From an uncultured delta proteobacterium (lineage in GTDB: Bacteria > Myxococcota_A > Polyangia > Polyangiales > B10-G4): a stretch of 64,000 nucleotides of DNA. The translations under genes and the position numbers were made by a program. Below the pieces are notes generated by a model. That model was not told the DNA's origin. It ran no database searches and worked only from the letters and a program-made list of their open reading frames with translations. Shown piece after piece: positions 22,879 to 35,168 of this stretch (positions are counted from its first letter, which is position 1; every line of letters begins with the position of its first letter). The stretch is taken from NCBI GenBank assembly GCA_963727445.1, contig CAVSGI010000009.1, forward strand, positions 864,001-928,000, in the 5' to 3' direction.

Positions 22879-24192
22879 ATGCTCCTCGCCGTGAGGCGCT
22901 GCGCCCATCTCTCGATCGCTCTCGCTCTGCTCGCCACGTCGAGCGTCGCCTTCGCCCAGGCGGGCGGGCTCGGCGCGCCGCCGCCTCCGCCGGGCGGGAC
23001 GCCTCCAGCCGGGCAGCCGCAGGAGGGCGCCGAAGGCGGCGCCGCGGGGGAGGAGACCACGCCGGCCGCTGGAGGCGCGAGTGGCGAAGGGGAGGGGACG
23101 GGTGCCGAAGGCCAAGGCACGCCCGCCGAAGGCGAGGGCGAGGGCACGCCCGCCGCGGGTGAGGGCGAGGGAACGCCCGCCGAGGGCGAAACGCCCCCTG
23201 GCGACACGCAGCCCGTGAACCAGCTCCAGCTCATCGTCATCGACGCCGCGCCCTACGGCATCGATCCGGTGGTCGGTCGTCACGTCTCGGATCAGATGCG
23301 CGCGACCGGCGCGGCCATGGGCTACACGGTGGTGTCGCCGGAGGCGACGGTGCAGGCCGCCCAGAGCCTTCAGATGCCCTATCCACCGAGCCCGGCCGAT
23401 CTGTGGCGCGTCAGCTACGCGAGCCAGTCGCAGCGTGGCGCCTTCGCCCGGGTGTGGGCGCACGGGGGCGTCTACGTCATCGAGATCACCGTCGCCAGCC
23501 TCGACAACAGCGGCCCCTTCATCTCGCGCGGAAACGCGGGCGCGTCGGATCTGCACGCGGTGGTGGATCAACTGCTCCGCGAGGCGCTGCCACCGCCCGA
23601 CGCCTGGCAACCAGGCACGCCCACCGCCGGCGGGGCAACCAACTTCTCGCAGGGGATGACGCAGGCGCCGCAGGAGACCGAAGAAGAGCGCCTGGCCCGC
23701 GAGCAGGAAGAGGCCGAGCGGCGTGCGCGCGAAGAGGAGGATCGCCGTCGCACCGAAGAAGCCATGAAGTATCGCTGGCATCTGGTCCTACAGACCGAAG
23801 GGGCCATCGGGACCTCGCAGCAGGGCTTCTACAATCACCTGGTCGGCGCGCGCGTCGACTTCCGGGTCTCCCGCGCCATCCTCTTCGGCGTCTACTTCGC
23901 CTACGCCAACCTCGCAGGCAAGGGCGGCCGCGCCGACAACATCTACTTCTCGATCATGGCCGAGGATCGGATCCGGATCTCCTCTTCGAGCGACATCTCG
24001 ATCCCGCTCCGCGTTCACCTGGGCTATCTGCCCTTCAACGGGCCCGTGATCCGGCTCTCGGCGGGGATCAACATTCCGCTCTCGAGTCGCTTCGAGTTGG
24101 GCTTCGACCTGCTCGCTCCGACCTTCTGGATCCTTCCGGACCGCACGGCGGTGTCGCTCAACGTGGCGGCCGAGCTGATCCTACGGCTCTGA
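22879..24192 (+). CDS. Secreted hypothetical protein with EGEGTPA repeats and possible C-terminal outer-membrane beta-barrel
   Basis: Signal peptide AFA-Q; low-complexity repeats; amphipathic beta strands at the C-terminus. Confidence 0.7.
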   Translation: MLLAVRRCAHLSIALALLATSSVAFAQAGGLGAPPPPPGGTPPAGQPQEGAEGGAAGEETTPAAGGASGEGEGTGAEGQGTPAEGEGEGTPAAGEGEGTPAEGETPPGDTQPVNQLQLIVIDAAPYGIDPVVGRHVSDQMRATGAAMGYTVVSPEATVQAAQSLQMPYPPSPADLWRVSYASQSQRGAFARVWAHGGVYVIEITVASLDNSGPFISRGNAGASDLHAVVDQLLREALPPPDAWQPGTPTAGGATNFSQGMTQAPQETEEERLAREQEEAERRAREEEDRRRTEEAMKYRWHLVLQTEGAIGTSQQGFYNHLVGARVDFRVSRAILFGVYFAYANLAGKGGRADNIYFSIMAEDRIRISSSSDISIPLRVHLGYLPFNGPVIRLSAGINIPLSSRFELGFDLLAPTFWILPDRTAVSLNVAAELILRL

Positions 24193-24199
24193 GCCGGGG

Positions 24200-26548
24200 T
24201 CAGTTGGCCGCTTCGAACTGGAAGGGATAGGCGACGCGCACCTCGCCGCCGCCCTCCGGAGCGGGGAAGGTCCAACGCCGCACCGCCGCGACCAAACACG
24301 ACTCCACGGATTCGTTTCCGAGAGTGGAGCCATCGACCGTGGCGCTGGTGACCGAGCCGCTCGCCCCGACCACGAAGGAGACGGTCACCCGGCCCGCGAG
24401 GTTCGGGCTCTGTGCCAGCGCCCGCTCGTAGCAGTAGCGCGCTTCGTTGATGTGCCGGCGAATCACGCGGCGAATGACCTCGGGGCTCAGAGAGCCCTGG
24501 ACCGCGCTCGAGCCGGTGCGAACGCGCGGGGTGGGCCGGTCGTCGCTGGGAGGCCGCATGGTCGGGGTGCCGCCGCTGGAGCCGATCCCGCCGAGGTCCG
24601 CGAGCCCGATGACGCCGCCGTTCCCGAGGAGCGCTTCGAGCGTTTCCTCCGCTTCCGCCACCGCGTCCGGGTTCCCCTGGAGCAGACCGAGCACGCCCGC
24701 CGCAGCATCCGCGGGCGGTAGCTCGCCCAGATAGAGCGCCGGGGTGAAGCCGCGCGCCTTCGCCAGGCCCACGAAGCGCGAGACGTCTGCTGCGCTCGCT
24801 CCCGGTGCGACGCGCAGGTAGGCGATGGGCTCCTGGGCGAAGTCGACGCGGCCGCCGAGGTCGTCTGGCGCGAGCCGAAGAGGAGCCCGCGACGAGGTGG
24901 GGCGTGGGGTGAGGGTGAGCTCTGTCGCTCCCGCTTCGATGGTGCCCCGATAGGACTCGGGATCGGCCGCCACGAATGCCATCGGCAACGACGATGGAAG
25001 CCGAACCTTCACCGACACGGGCTGCTCAATCATCGCGGCGACCAAGGGGAGCTGCGCTGCAACGGCAGCGCGGCCTTCGGGGGAGACGTCTCCCGGAAGC
25101 CCCGTCCACCAGATCGACTTCGCGCCGGCGGCTTCAGCGGATTCGATCACACGGCTGAGCGTGGCGTGGTCCGTGCGTCGATCGAACGCGAGGCTGAGGC
25201 TCGGCTCGGCCGAGGGGAGGGTCTCGGCGCCCTCTACTTGGCCGAGCATGCCGAGGAGGCCCGTCTGGGGAGGCGGCTCGTCGAGGTCTCCGCCCGCGGG
25301 GCTCACGAGCTGGTGCAGGCTCGCGGTGACCGCCTCCGCACCTGCACCGATGGGGACGGATGGCTGGCCCGCGAGGGGGACCAGGTTTCCTTCGAGCACC
25401 AGCGCATGCACGGCCGGTGGCGTCTCCATCCCGCCGTCGGCGCCGTCGAGCGGCACGGGCTCGAAGCTCGGGTGGTCGCGCCAGGGCGGGCGCGCGAGCT
25501 CGGCGAGACCTGCCGGCGCCGCGCGAACGATGTACTCGTCGAGGCCGACCACGAGCAGCACCACCAAAGCCGACACGACGCCGCCGATCACCATGCCGGC
25601 GCTCACCTTGCTGCGCGTCGCCGACAGGCCGACGAGGGCGAGCAGTGGCACCACGCCGAGGACGATCCCCCACCGCGCGACGGCCGTCGCGGGGGCGAGC
25701 TCTTCGGCCGCGGCGACGAGCACCTCCATGCGTGCGTCCGGAGAGACCATCGCCAACGCGCTGAAAACCTCCATCCGCGCGGCGGTCGCGGCGGCGGCGG
25801 CCGCGGCGACGAAGGCCAGGGAGCCCGCGGCGACCGCGCCGACGGCGAGCGCTGCGCTCCGGTGCTTCGGTGCGTCGCTGCCCACCGCAGCGCCCGCGAG
25901 GCCGGCGGCGATGGTGGCGCCGAGCGCGACGGCGATGGGGGTGCTCGCCGCCATCGGGCTCACGGTCATCAGCCATCCACCGGCCCCGAGGAAGGGAAGG
26001 GCGAGCAGCGCGATGCCCGCCCCCAAAAGAGAACGATCCGGCGCGCGCTGGCCGAGCGCGGCGATGGCGAGCCCGAGGCTCGTGCCGAGGAGCGTGCCGG
26101 AGGCGACGCCGGCGCCGTAGAGGAGCGCGCCACTCGACTCCGCATAGCCCTGCGCGATCATCGGGGCGCGCGAGCTGGGATCTGCGAAGCTCAGCGCCTG
26201 CTCGACCATGTACATGCCGTAGCGATGGCCCGCGAGCCCGATGAGCCATGGCAAGGCCGCCGCGAAGAGCGCGAGCGCCGTGGGTACCCGCCGGCCCGTG
26301 CCTGCGACGCCGATCAGCGCGCCCGCCACGATCCCCGCGAAGGGTGCGGCGAGCATGATGAGATAGAAGGCGATCCCCGTCTGCTCAGCGAAGGCGACCG
26401 CCTCGTCGGGCCCGCCAGCGCCCACCCAGGGCACGAGCAGGCAGCAGCCTGTCGAGAGCACCAGCGGCAGCGCGGCGGCGATCCCGGCGAGGGCCTTGCT
26501 CGGCTCTCTCGTGTCGGTCGGGACCTCCGGCGCCGGGTCGCGCGTCAT
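24200..26548 (-). CDS. Multi-TM protein with C-terminal TonB-C/AgmX-PglI-like domain
   Basis: GSLSPEVIRRVIRRH...CYERAL...GRVTVSFVV...WTFPAPEGG...YPFQF; many N-terminal TM helices. Confidence 0.8.
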   Translation of the reverse strand: MTRDPAPEVPTDTREPSKALAGIAAALPLVLSTGCCLLVPWVGAGGPDEAVAFAEQTGIAFYLIMLAAPFAGIVAGALIGVAGTGRRVPTALALFAAALPWLIGLAGHRYGMYMVEQALSFADPSSRAPMIAQGYAESSGALLYGAGVASGTLLGTSLGLAIAALGQRAPDRSLLGAGIALLALPFLGAGGWLMTVSPMAASTPIAVALGATIAAGLAGAAVGSDAPKHRSAALAVGAVAAGSLAFVAAAAAAATAARMEVFSALAMVSPDARMEVLVAAAEELAPATAVARWGIVLGVVPLLALVGLSATRSKVSAGMVIGGVVSALVVLLVVGLDEYIVRAAPAGLAELARPPWRDHPSFEPVPLDGADGGMETPPAVHALVLEGNLVPLAGQPSVPIGAGAEAVTASLHQLVSPAGGDLDEPPPQTGLLGMLGQVEGAETLPSAEPSLSLAFDRRTDHATLSRVIESAEAAGAKSIWWTGLPGDVSPEGRAAVAAQLPLVAAMIEQPVSVKVRLPSSLPMAFVAADPESYRGTIEAGATELTLTPRPTSSRAPLRLAPDDLGGRVDFAQEPIAYLRVAPGASAADVSRFVGLAKARGFTPALYLGELPPADAAAGVLGLLQGNPDAVAEAEETLEALLGNGGVIGLADLGGIGSSGGTPTMRPPSDDRPTPRVRTGSSAVQGSLSPEVIRRVIRRHINEARYCYERALAQSPNLAGRVTVSFVVGASGSVTSATVDGSTLGNESVESCLVAAVRRWTFPAPEGGGEVRVAYPFQFEAAN

Positions 26549-26552
26549 CGAC

Positions 26553-27275
26553 TCAGAACCGCCCGCTCAGCGCATCGAGGCGGAGCTTCCACACCATCAG
26601 GATGGCTTCGGCGAAGATCTTCCGGCTCATCTTGCTCTGACCCGCGCGCCGGTCGACGAAGATGATCGGGACTTCCTTCACCGCGAATCCCTTGCGCAGC
26701 GCGCGATAGGTGAGCTCGATCTGAAACGAATATCCCTCGGAGCGCACGTCATCGAGGTCGATGGCGCGCAGCACGTCGGCGCGGAAGGCCTTGTAGCCAC
26801 TCGTGAGGTCGCGAACCGAGAGGCCGAGGATCGTCCGGCTGTAGAGCGAGCCGCCTTTCGAAAGGACGTGGCGCCCCACGCCCCAGCCTTCGACGCCGCC
26901 GCCTGGGATGTTCCGCGAGCCGATGACCACACCCGCACCGTCTTCGATCGCCGCGAGGAACTCCGGCAGGTAGCGCGGGTCGTGGCTGAGATCGGTGTCC
27001 ATCTCGAGCACGACGTCGTAGTCACGCTCGAGACCCCAGCGGAAAGCGTCGAGATAGGCGCTGCCCAGCCCCATCTTGCCGGGCCGGTGCATCACGTGAA
27101 CCCGCGCGTCCTCCTCGGCGATCCCGTCGGCCAGCTCCCCCGTCCCATCGGGGGAGTTGTCGTCCACGATCAGCACGTCCACCTCGGGAACGACGCGAAA
27201 GACGCTTTCGAGAAAGGGCTCGAGGTTCTCGCGCTCGTCGTAGGTCGGGGTGACGATGAGGACCCTGGGCGCCAT
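26553..27275 (-). CDS. Polyprenol-monophosphomannose synthase (GT2, Ppm1/DPM1-like)
   Basis: PTYDEREN, VDDNSPDGT, GLGSAY, MDTDLSH, GYSFQIEL, GQSKMS. Confidence 0.92.
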   Translation of the reverse strand: MAPRVLIVTPTYDERENLEPFLESVFRVVPEVDVLIVDDNSPDGTGELADGIAEEDARVHVMHRPGKMGLGSAYLDAFRWGLERDYDVVLEMDTDLSHDPRYLPEFLAAIEDGAGVVIGSRNIPGGGVEGWGVGRHVLSKGGSLYSRTILGLSVRDLTSGYKAFRADVLRAIDLDDVRSEGYSFQIELTYRALRKGFAVKEVPIIFVDRRAGQSKMSRKIFAEAILMVWKLRLDALSGRF

Positions 27276-27364
27276 GGCGGGCGCAAGCTAGCCCGGATCG
27301 ACCCCAACGGCTACGCCGAGTCCTCCATCGCCGAGATCCTGCTTGCACCCTGGTCTGTTTCGGG

Positions 27365-27384
27365 TATTCTGTGAATACAGAATA
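27365..27384. promoter_or_regulatory. AT-rich palindrome TATTCTGT-gaat-ACAGAATA, candidate operator in a divergent promoter
   Basis: Perfect 8-bp inverted repeat with 4-bp spacer, ending 22 bp before ATG 27407. Confidence 0.55.
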
Positions 27385-27406
27385 TAGATAAGACGAGGTG
27401 TCCGAC

Positions 27407-28120
27407 ATGGCCCACCCCAAAAGGCAAGCGATCGTCGACGAGATCCCCAGCCGCTACAGCCCCACGCTTCACATCAGCCTCACGGTTGGCAGTGGGCTCG
27501 CGGTGCTGATCCTGGCGATGTTCATGATTCGGGAGCTGAGCTTCTACGAGCTGCTCACCGTTCCCGTGATGTGGCTCCTGGCCAATCTGGGGGAGTGGTA
27601 CGCCCACAAGTACATCCTGCACCGGCGTGTGCCGGGGATGACCATCCTCTACGACCAGCACACCCCACGCCACCACGTGGTCTATCCGCACGACGAGATG
27701 GCCATCGAGAGCCGTCGGGAGCTCCATCTCGTCCTGATCCCACCCTTCGGTGTCGCGATGATCACCCTGTCCGCCTCACCCTTCGCGGCGGCCTTCGGTT
27801 ACTTCTGGTCAGCGAACGCGGGGTGGTTGGTGCTCGTAGCCGTAGCCTTGTACATGGTGTCTTATGAGGTCACCCACCTCCTCTATCACCTGCCCGAGGA
27901 TCACTTCATCACGCGTTCACGCGCGGTTCGCTTTCTTCGAGAGCACCATCGCCGTCATCACGATCCGCGGTTGATGCAGCGCTGGAATTTCAACGTCACG
28001 GTTCCTCTGTGGGACGTGATCCTCGGAACGCGCATCTCCGATGCGGCCTGGGCCGCGCACCTGGGCGAGGCGCAGCCCGTCCAAAACCCCGACCCCGAGG
28101 CTGCTCCCGTTCGCACCTGA
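27407..28120 (+). CDS. Sterol desaturase / fatty acid hydroxylase family protein
   Basis: His boxes HKYILH, HTPRHH, HLLYH, HHRRHH; NFNVTVPLWD. Confidence 0.88.
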   Translation: MAHPKRQAIVDEIPSRYSPTLHISLTVGSGLAVLILAMFMIRELSFYELLTVPVMWLLANLGEWYAHKYILHRRVPGMTILYDQHTPRHHVVYPHDEMAIESRRELHLVLIPPFGVAMITLSASPFAAAFGYFWSANAGWLVLVAVALYMVSYEVTHLLYHLPEDHFITRSRAVRFLREHHRRHHDPRLMQRWNFNVTVPLWDVILGTRISDAAWAAHLGEAQPVQNPDPEAAPVRT

Positions 28121-28168
28121 TTCGTCCGGTACGAGGTCCCAGACGAATTTCGTTGTAAGCTCAGGCGC

Positions 28169-28951
28169 ATGAGGCTCCTGAGTTGTGTCGTGCTCGCGGG
28201 GGGGATCTTCCTGATCTCACACGGGGCGGCGGCACAAGCGGCGGCCGGTGAGGACGCCGACGAGGAGGGAGCGCATTTTCTCCTCCGTCAGGGCCTCGAG
28301 TTGGTCGAGCACGGCGACTGGTCTCGCGCGGCGGATCGCTTTCGCACCGCGCTGCGCATGAGCCCGTCGCCAACGATCGAATATCACCTCGCGCGCTCGC
28401 TCTTCGAGCTCGGGCAGCTCAACGAGGCGGAAGAGCTGGTGGTCGCCATCCGAGCGCAGAGCGACGTTCCGGCCGAATTACAGGCGCAGGTCGAGGAGCT
28501 GGCGCAGCGAATTCCTTCGGGCGGCGGGACACTCACCATCCGCGTCGACGGGCCGAACGACGTCGAGATCTTTCTCGACAATCGTTCCCTGCCACCCTCG
28601 CGGCTTCAGGCGCCCATGACCGCCGCCATCGGCAGTCACATCGTCGAGGCACGCAGGGACCACGGGGTCCTCGCCCGTGAGGACGTGACCGTGAGCCGAG
28701 ATACACCTGCGGAGGCCGTCCTCCACATCGCGGTCGCGGACGATCCCCTCGTCGGCAGCGGCGGCGAGAGCCCCGCAGCACCACAGGAGGAAGGATCTCT
28801 GCTGAGCGATTGGCGATTCTGGGCGATCGCCGGCGGGGCCGCGGTGGTGGTGGCGGCGGTCGTCATCATCCTCGCCGTGACCCTGAGCACGAGTCACGTC
28901 GAGGATCCCATCGTCGGTGACTTCCAACCGGGGGTGCTCACATGGCAGTGA
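28169..28951 (+). CDS. Secreted TPR + PEGA-like protein with C-terminal TM
   Basis: Signal peptide, TPR-like helices, PEGA-like beta region, hydrophobic C-terminal helix. Confidence 0.72.
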   Translation: MRLLSCVVLAGGIFLISHGAAAQAAAGEDADEEGAHFLLRQGLELVEHGDWSRAADRFRTALRMSPSPTIEYHLARSLFELGQLNEAEELVVAIRAQSDVPAELQAQVEELAQRIPSGGGTLTIRVDGPNDVEIFLDNRSLPPSRLQAPMTAAIGSHIVEARRDHGVLAREDVTVSRDTPAEAVLHIAVADDPLVGSGGESPAAPQEEGSLLSDWRFWAIAGGAAVVVAAVVIILAVTLSTSHVEDPIVGDFQPGVLTWQ

Positions 28952-29808
28952 GACGCCCAGCCGAGAGTGCGCCCCGTCCCCGCTGGCTCTTGCTCAGCCT
29001 CCTGCTGCTGTCCGCATGCGGAACCTCGCCGCGCACCGAGGTGGTCCTGCTGGTGTCGACGGATTACGCCGTGCCTTCCGAGGTCGACGCCTTCAACGCG
29101 ACCGTCGACGCGCCGGACATGGAGATCCAGACCGCGAGCGCGACGCTGTCGAGCCCCTCCGATGAGCCGCGGACACTCGGGCTCGTCTACCGCGACGGAC
29201 CGCTCGGACCCTTCGACGCGACCATCCAGGGAATGCTTGGAGGTGGCGTGGTCGCTACTCGTCGCGCGCGCTTCACTTTTCAGGAAGGCCGCACCCTCGT
29301 GCTACGCATCCACCTCTCGCGCTCGTGTGAGAGCGTCCGCTGTGCAGGGGACGAGACCTGCGAGGACGGCGCCTGTCGACCCATCCTGGTCGCCCCCGAT
29401 GAGCTCCAGCCCTGGCCGCCCACCATGATGGATGCGGCGACCGATGCCTTGGATGGGGCCGTGGATTCGGCCCCGCCCGACGCCGCGATGGATGGGTCCA
29501 TGGATTCCGGCCCGATGGACGCTGGGGTGGATGCCGAAGCGGGGACGTTGCCCACCTGCGACAGCCTCTTCGCCGATCGGGTCGACTACGACGCCTGCGA
29601 CCAACGGCCCTCCGAGTGTGAGTTCTTTGCGAATCCCGCGTCGAACATGAGCTGTGGTCAAGTGTGTGCAGCCGCGGGCGAGACCTGCGTCAGCGCCTCC
29701 ATCCCTGCCAACGACACCGGCCGCAACCGCTGCAACGCCGCCATGGCCAGCACCTGCGACGCGTTGGAGGACCTGCTTCTGTGTGTATGCTCGCGTACAC
29801 CACGTTGA
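28942..29808 (+). CDS. Cys-rich lipoprotein
   Basis: Lipobox LSAC; Cys clusters; DA/MD low-complexity linker. Confidence 0.72.
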   Translation: MAVRRPAESAPRPRWLLLSLLLLSACGTSPRTEVVLLVSTDYAVPSEVDAFNATVDAPDMEIQTASATLSSPSDEPRTLGLVYRDGPLGPFDATIQGMLGGGVVATRRARFTFQEGRTLVLRIHLSRSCESVRCAGDETCEDGACRPILVAPDELQPWPPTMMDAATDALDGAVDSAPPDAAMDGSMDSGPMDAGVDAEAGTLPTCDSLFADRVDYDACDQRPSECEFFANPASNMSCGQVCAAAGETCVSASIPANDTGRNRCNAAMASTCDALEDLLLCVCSRTPR

Positions 29809-29852
29809 CGGAAGACCTCAGGTAGAGCGGATCATTTCCGGAAATTCGGTGT

Positions 29853-31937
29853 ATGCTCTCCGGGATGTCCGGGTCGCCCGAGTCCCCGGAAGACGAGGAC
29901 GTGAACGAGCCTGCTGGGAAGAAAGCGCCCGGCCTCACGCCCATCGCTCCGTCCAAAAAGCGTGACGAGCAACGCTCGGGGATCACGCCACGTCCATCGC
30001 CCGAAGCGATCGCGAAGCCGCCGGCGAAGAGCGGGAGCACGGCATCGACCGACAAGGACGACGCGAAGGACATCGATCGCGCGACGCAGAGCGAATCCGG
30101 CGTCGCTGCGGTGAAGAAGGCCATCGTTCCGCCCAAGGCCAAGCTGCCGGGCAAGCTGCCACCAACGCCCAAGGTCCCGAGCGTCGCGAAGTCGAAGAAG
30201 GACGAGGGTGAGGCGTCGAAGGCTGCGAAGCCCCCGCCGCCGAAGAAGGCCGAGAAGGAAGTCGAGAAGAAGGCGGAGCAGAAGGACGCAGTGGCAGCGC
30301 TCGGGTCGATGTCCTCGCCCTTCCCGGACGAGACGAAGGATCCGGAGGACTCGTCGGCCACGATGCGCCCTCCGGACGCGGGTGAGCTGTCGAACCCGAG
30401 CGAGCCGCTGCCCGTCGACGACTCTCTCGACATCTCCGTCGAGTCTCTCATCCCGGGCCCGATGGACGACCAGGATCCCTTCCTGACGTCGCTGCCGCCG
30501 TCAGCCATCGCGTTCGGCCGCTATCACCTCCTCGGCCGATTGGCGGTCGGTGGTATGGCGGAGATCTTCCTCGCCAACGAGCAGACCGAGGGCGGTGCTT
30601 CGCGTCACGTCGTGGTGAAGATGGCGCGCCCCCATCTGACGGAGCTCACCGGCTTCGACGACATGTTCACCAACGAGGGGCGCGTGGCCATGCGGCTCAC
30701 GCACCCGAACATCTGCCACGTCTACGAGTTCGGCAAGGAGCGCGGCCGTTACTTCATGGCGATGGAGTGGGTCAACGGCGTGTCGGTGCGCGATCTGACG
30801 CGTCGAGCCAAGCAGCGGGGCGAGCAGCTGCCTCTCGACGTGGTGGTCAAGATCATCGCGCAGGTCGCGGACGCGCTCGACTACGCGCACCGCCTCCGGG
30901 ACGCGCGCGGACGCTCGCTGAACATCGTCCATCGCGACGTCAGCCCTCACAACATCATGGTGAGCTACGACGGCGTGGTGAAGCTGCTCGACTTCGGTGT
31001 GGCCAAGGGTGGGCACACGAAGGAGACGACGCAGTCGGGCACCGTGAAGGGCAAGTTCAACTACATGTCGCCCCAGCAGTGCACGGGCCGCTCGATCGAC
31101 GGCCGCGCCGACATCTTCTCGCTCGGCGTCTGCTTGTGGGAGGCGCTGACGGCGAAGGCGCTATTCAAGCGGGAGACTCAGTACGAGACATTCAAGGCGA
31201 TCATCGAGGACGAGGTCCCCGCGATCTCCAGTTTTCGCGACGACGTGCCGGAGGAGCTCGACCAGCTCCTCGGCAAGGCGCTCGCGAAGACGCTCGCCGA
31301 TCGCTACAAGACCGCTGGCGAGTTCCACGACGACCTCGCTCACTTCCTGCAGAGGCGCGGTGAGGTGGTGTCGTCGTCCCGCTTGTCCCGCTACATGGAA
31401 GGCCTCTTCGAAGAGGAGATCGCGAACGGACCCGAGCTCGAGACCAGCGAGGAGATCTTCGCTCGGATCGCCCCTGCGGAATCCCTCAAGGCCGAGAGCG
31501 CCAAGCCCTCGACCGCGCCGAAGAACAAATGGCTCCTGCCGCTGGTCGCCGGCGTCCTCGGCGTGCTGGCCGGCGTCGTCCTGATCGTCACCCTCGCCTC
31601 CGACGGCGACGACCAGGCGAACACGAACAACCCTCAGATCGCCACGCCGCCACCGGAGACGGCTCCCCCCGACAATCCGCCCCCTGACACCACCATGGCG
31701 CAGATCGTCGAAGAGCCCGTGATGGAAGTCGAAGCCCCCGTCATGGACGTCGCCATGGACGAGATGGAAGAAGAAGAAGTGTCGGCCATGTCGGACGAAG
31801 AGGAAGTGGTCGGCGAGGGCTCGAGCGAAGAAGAAGACGGACACGAAGACGAGACCGAAGCCGGGATGCACCACCGGGGCATGCGGCGCTCCATGCGCTC
31901 CACGATGGGCGGCTTCGTCACCGATCCCGGCTTCTGA
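29853..31937 (+). CDS. Ser/Thr protein kinase with long Lys/Pro-rich N-terminus and TM
   Basis: GGMAEIF, HRDVSPHN, DFG, GKFNYMSPQQ. Confidence 0.92.
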   Translation: MLSGMSGSPESPEDEDVNEPAGKKAPGLTPIAPSKKRDEQRSGITPRPSPEAIAKPPAKSGSTASTDKDDAKDIDRATQSESGVAAVKKAIVPPKAKLPGKLPPTPKVPSVAKSKKDEGEASKAAKPPPPKKAEKEVEKKAEQKDAVAALGSMSSPFPDETKDPEDSSATMRPPDAGELSNPSEPLPVDDSLDISVESLIPGPMDDQDPFLTSLPPSAIAFGRYHLLGRLAVGGMAEIFLANEQTEGGASRHVVVKMARPHLTELTGFDDMFTNEGRVAMRLTHPNICHVYEFGKERGRYFMAMEWVNGVSVRDLTRRAKQRGEQLPLDVVVKIIAQVADALDYAHRLRDARGRSLNIVHRDVSPHNIMVSYDGVVKLLDFGVAKGGHTKETTQSGTVKGKFNYMSPQQCTGRSIDGRADIFSLGVCLWEALTAKALFKRETQYETFKAIIEDEVPAISSFRDDVPEELDQLLGKALAKTLADRYKTAGEFHDDLAHFLQRRGEVVSSSRLSRYMEGLFEEEIANGPELETSEEIFARIAPAESLKAESAKPSTAPKNKWLLPLVAGVLGVLAGVVLIVTLASDGDDQANTNNPQIATPPPETAPPDNPPPDTTMAQIVEEPVMEVEAPVMDVAMDEMEEEEVSAMSDEEEVVGEGSSEEEDGHEDETEAGMHHRGMRRSMRSTMGGFVTDPGF

Positions 31938-32026
31938 CGGCGTGGCCATCAGCCCCGAATCGGGCTATTTAGATTCCGCGGCCTCCGCCCTCGTGGCGGA
32001 CGCTGCAGATCACCCGAGGCTCATTG

Positions 32027-33805
<1,779 letters not shown>

Positions 33806-33814
33806 TCGCGAGCC

Positions 33815-35111
33815 ATGCGCCTTCTGCGTTTGAGCGGACGCTTCATCCTGGTGGTGTGGGTGGTCCTCGGGTCGCTCTATCGCTGGGCGGCGGAGCGGGC
33901 GATCGCGGCGACGCTCACCCTCGAGGACGAAGACCGCCTCGCGGGGATCGAGTTGGCGCGCATGCTCGAGCGGCTCGGCGCCACCTACGTGAAGTTCGGG
34001 CAGATCCTCAGCACGCGCCCCGACCTGTTGCCCCCCGGCGTCATCCGGGGGCTTTCGCGGCTCCAGGACGCGGTGCCCCCAGGCCCTTTCAGCGCGGTCG
34101 AGCGGACGATTCGCGAAGATCTCGGGGCGCTGCGGAGCCGATTCGTCGAGCTCGACCCGACGCCCCTGGCGGCTGCGTCGGTAGCCCAGGTACATCGCGG
34201 GCGTCTCGAGAGCGGCGAGGAAGTGGCGGTCAAGGTGCAGCGCCGGGAGGCACGCGCGCAGATCGAGCGCGACCTGGTGTTGATGGAGATCGGCGCGCGG
34301 ATCCTCCACCGGCTCCCGATGCTCCACCCCCTCTCGCTGCCCGGGATGGTGGAGCGCTTCTCCGAGGCGATGCACGGACAGCTCGACTTTCGGCGCGAGG
34401 CCGCGAACAACCGGCGCTTCGCCGAGAGCTTCGCCGACACTCCGGGCATCGACGTGCCGGCGCTCTTCGACGAGCTCTGCTCGGAGCGGGTGCTGACGAT
34501 GGCGCTCATCGACGGGGTGCGCGCCTCCGAGCCGGAGAAGGTGGGCGGTCATCGCGCGGAGCTCGCGCGGCGCGGGGCCGAGGCGGTGCTCGAGATGGTC
34601 TTCGTCGACGGATTCGTCCACGCCGATCTGCACCCGGGCAACATCCTGCTCACAGCCGACGGACGTTTCGTGATGATCGATCTCGGCCTGGTGGCGGAGA
34701 TCCCGGACGACATGGTCAAGCCCTGGTGTCTGACCTTCATGGCCCTCGCGCAGCGCAACGGGGAGGAGCTGGCCCGGCTCTTCTACGTCTACGCACCGAG
34801 CGTGAGGAACGTGGACTACCTGGTCTTCCGCGACGAGAATCGTCGCTTTCTTCGACGGCTTCTACGGCAAGGCGCTGGGGGAGGTGGAGGTCAGCGCGGT
34901 CGTCGGCGGCGCCATGGCCGTGCTGCGCCGTCACCACGTCGCCATCGACCCGGTCTACACCGTCGTGAACATCGCGGTCCTCGTGGCCGAGGGGCTCGGG
35001 AAGCAGCTCGACCCCAGCGTGGACCTGGTCGAGATGGCCTTCCCCTATCTGGTGCGCGCCATCGCCGAATCGCCTCCTGGCAAGGCTCCCCTACGCGACG
35101 TTCCGGCTTAG
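33815..35111 (+). CDS. ABC1/UbiB (AarF) atypical kinase, frameshift near 34838
   Basis: YVKFGQILSTRPD, AASVAQVH, VAVKVQR, HADLHPGN; C-terminus (EGLGKQLDP) lies in the shifted frame. Confidence 0.88.
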
Positions 35112-35168
35112 AAACGCCCGGCTGGGCGCCGCCTGGCGACTCTGGGGATTCGTGATTAGGGTAGGGCC

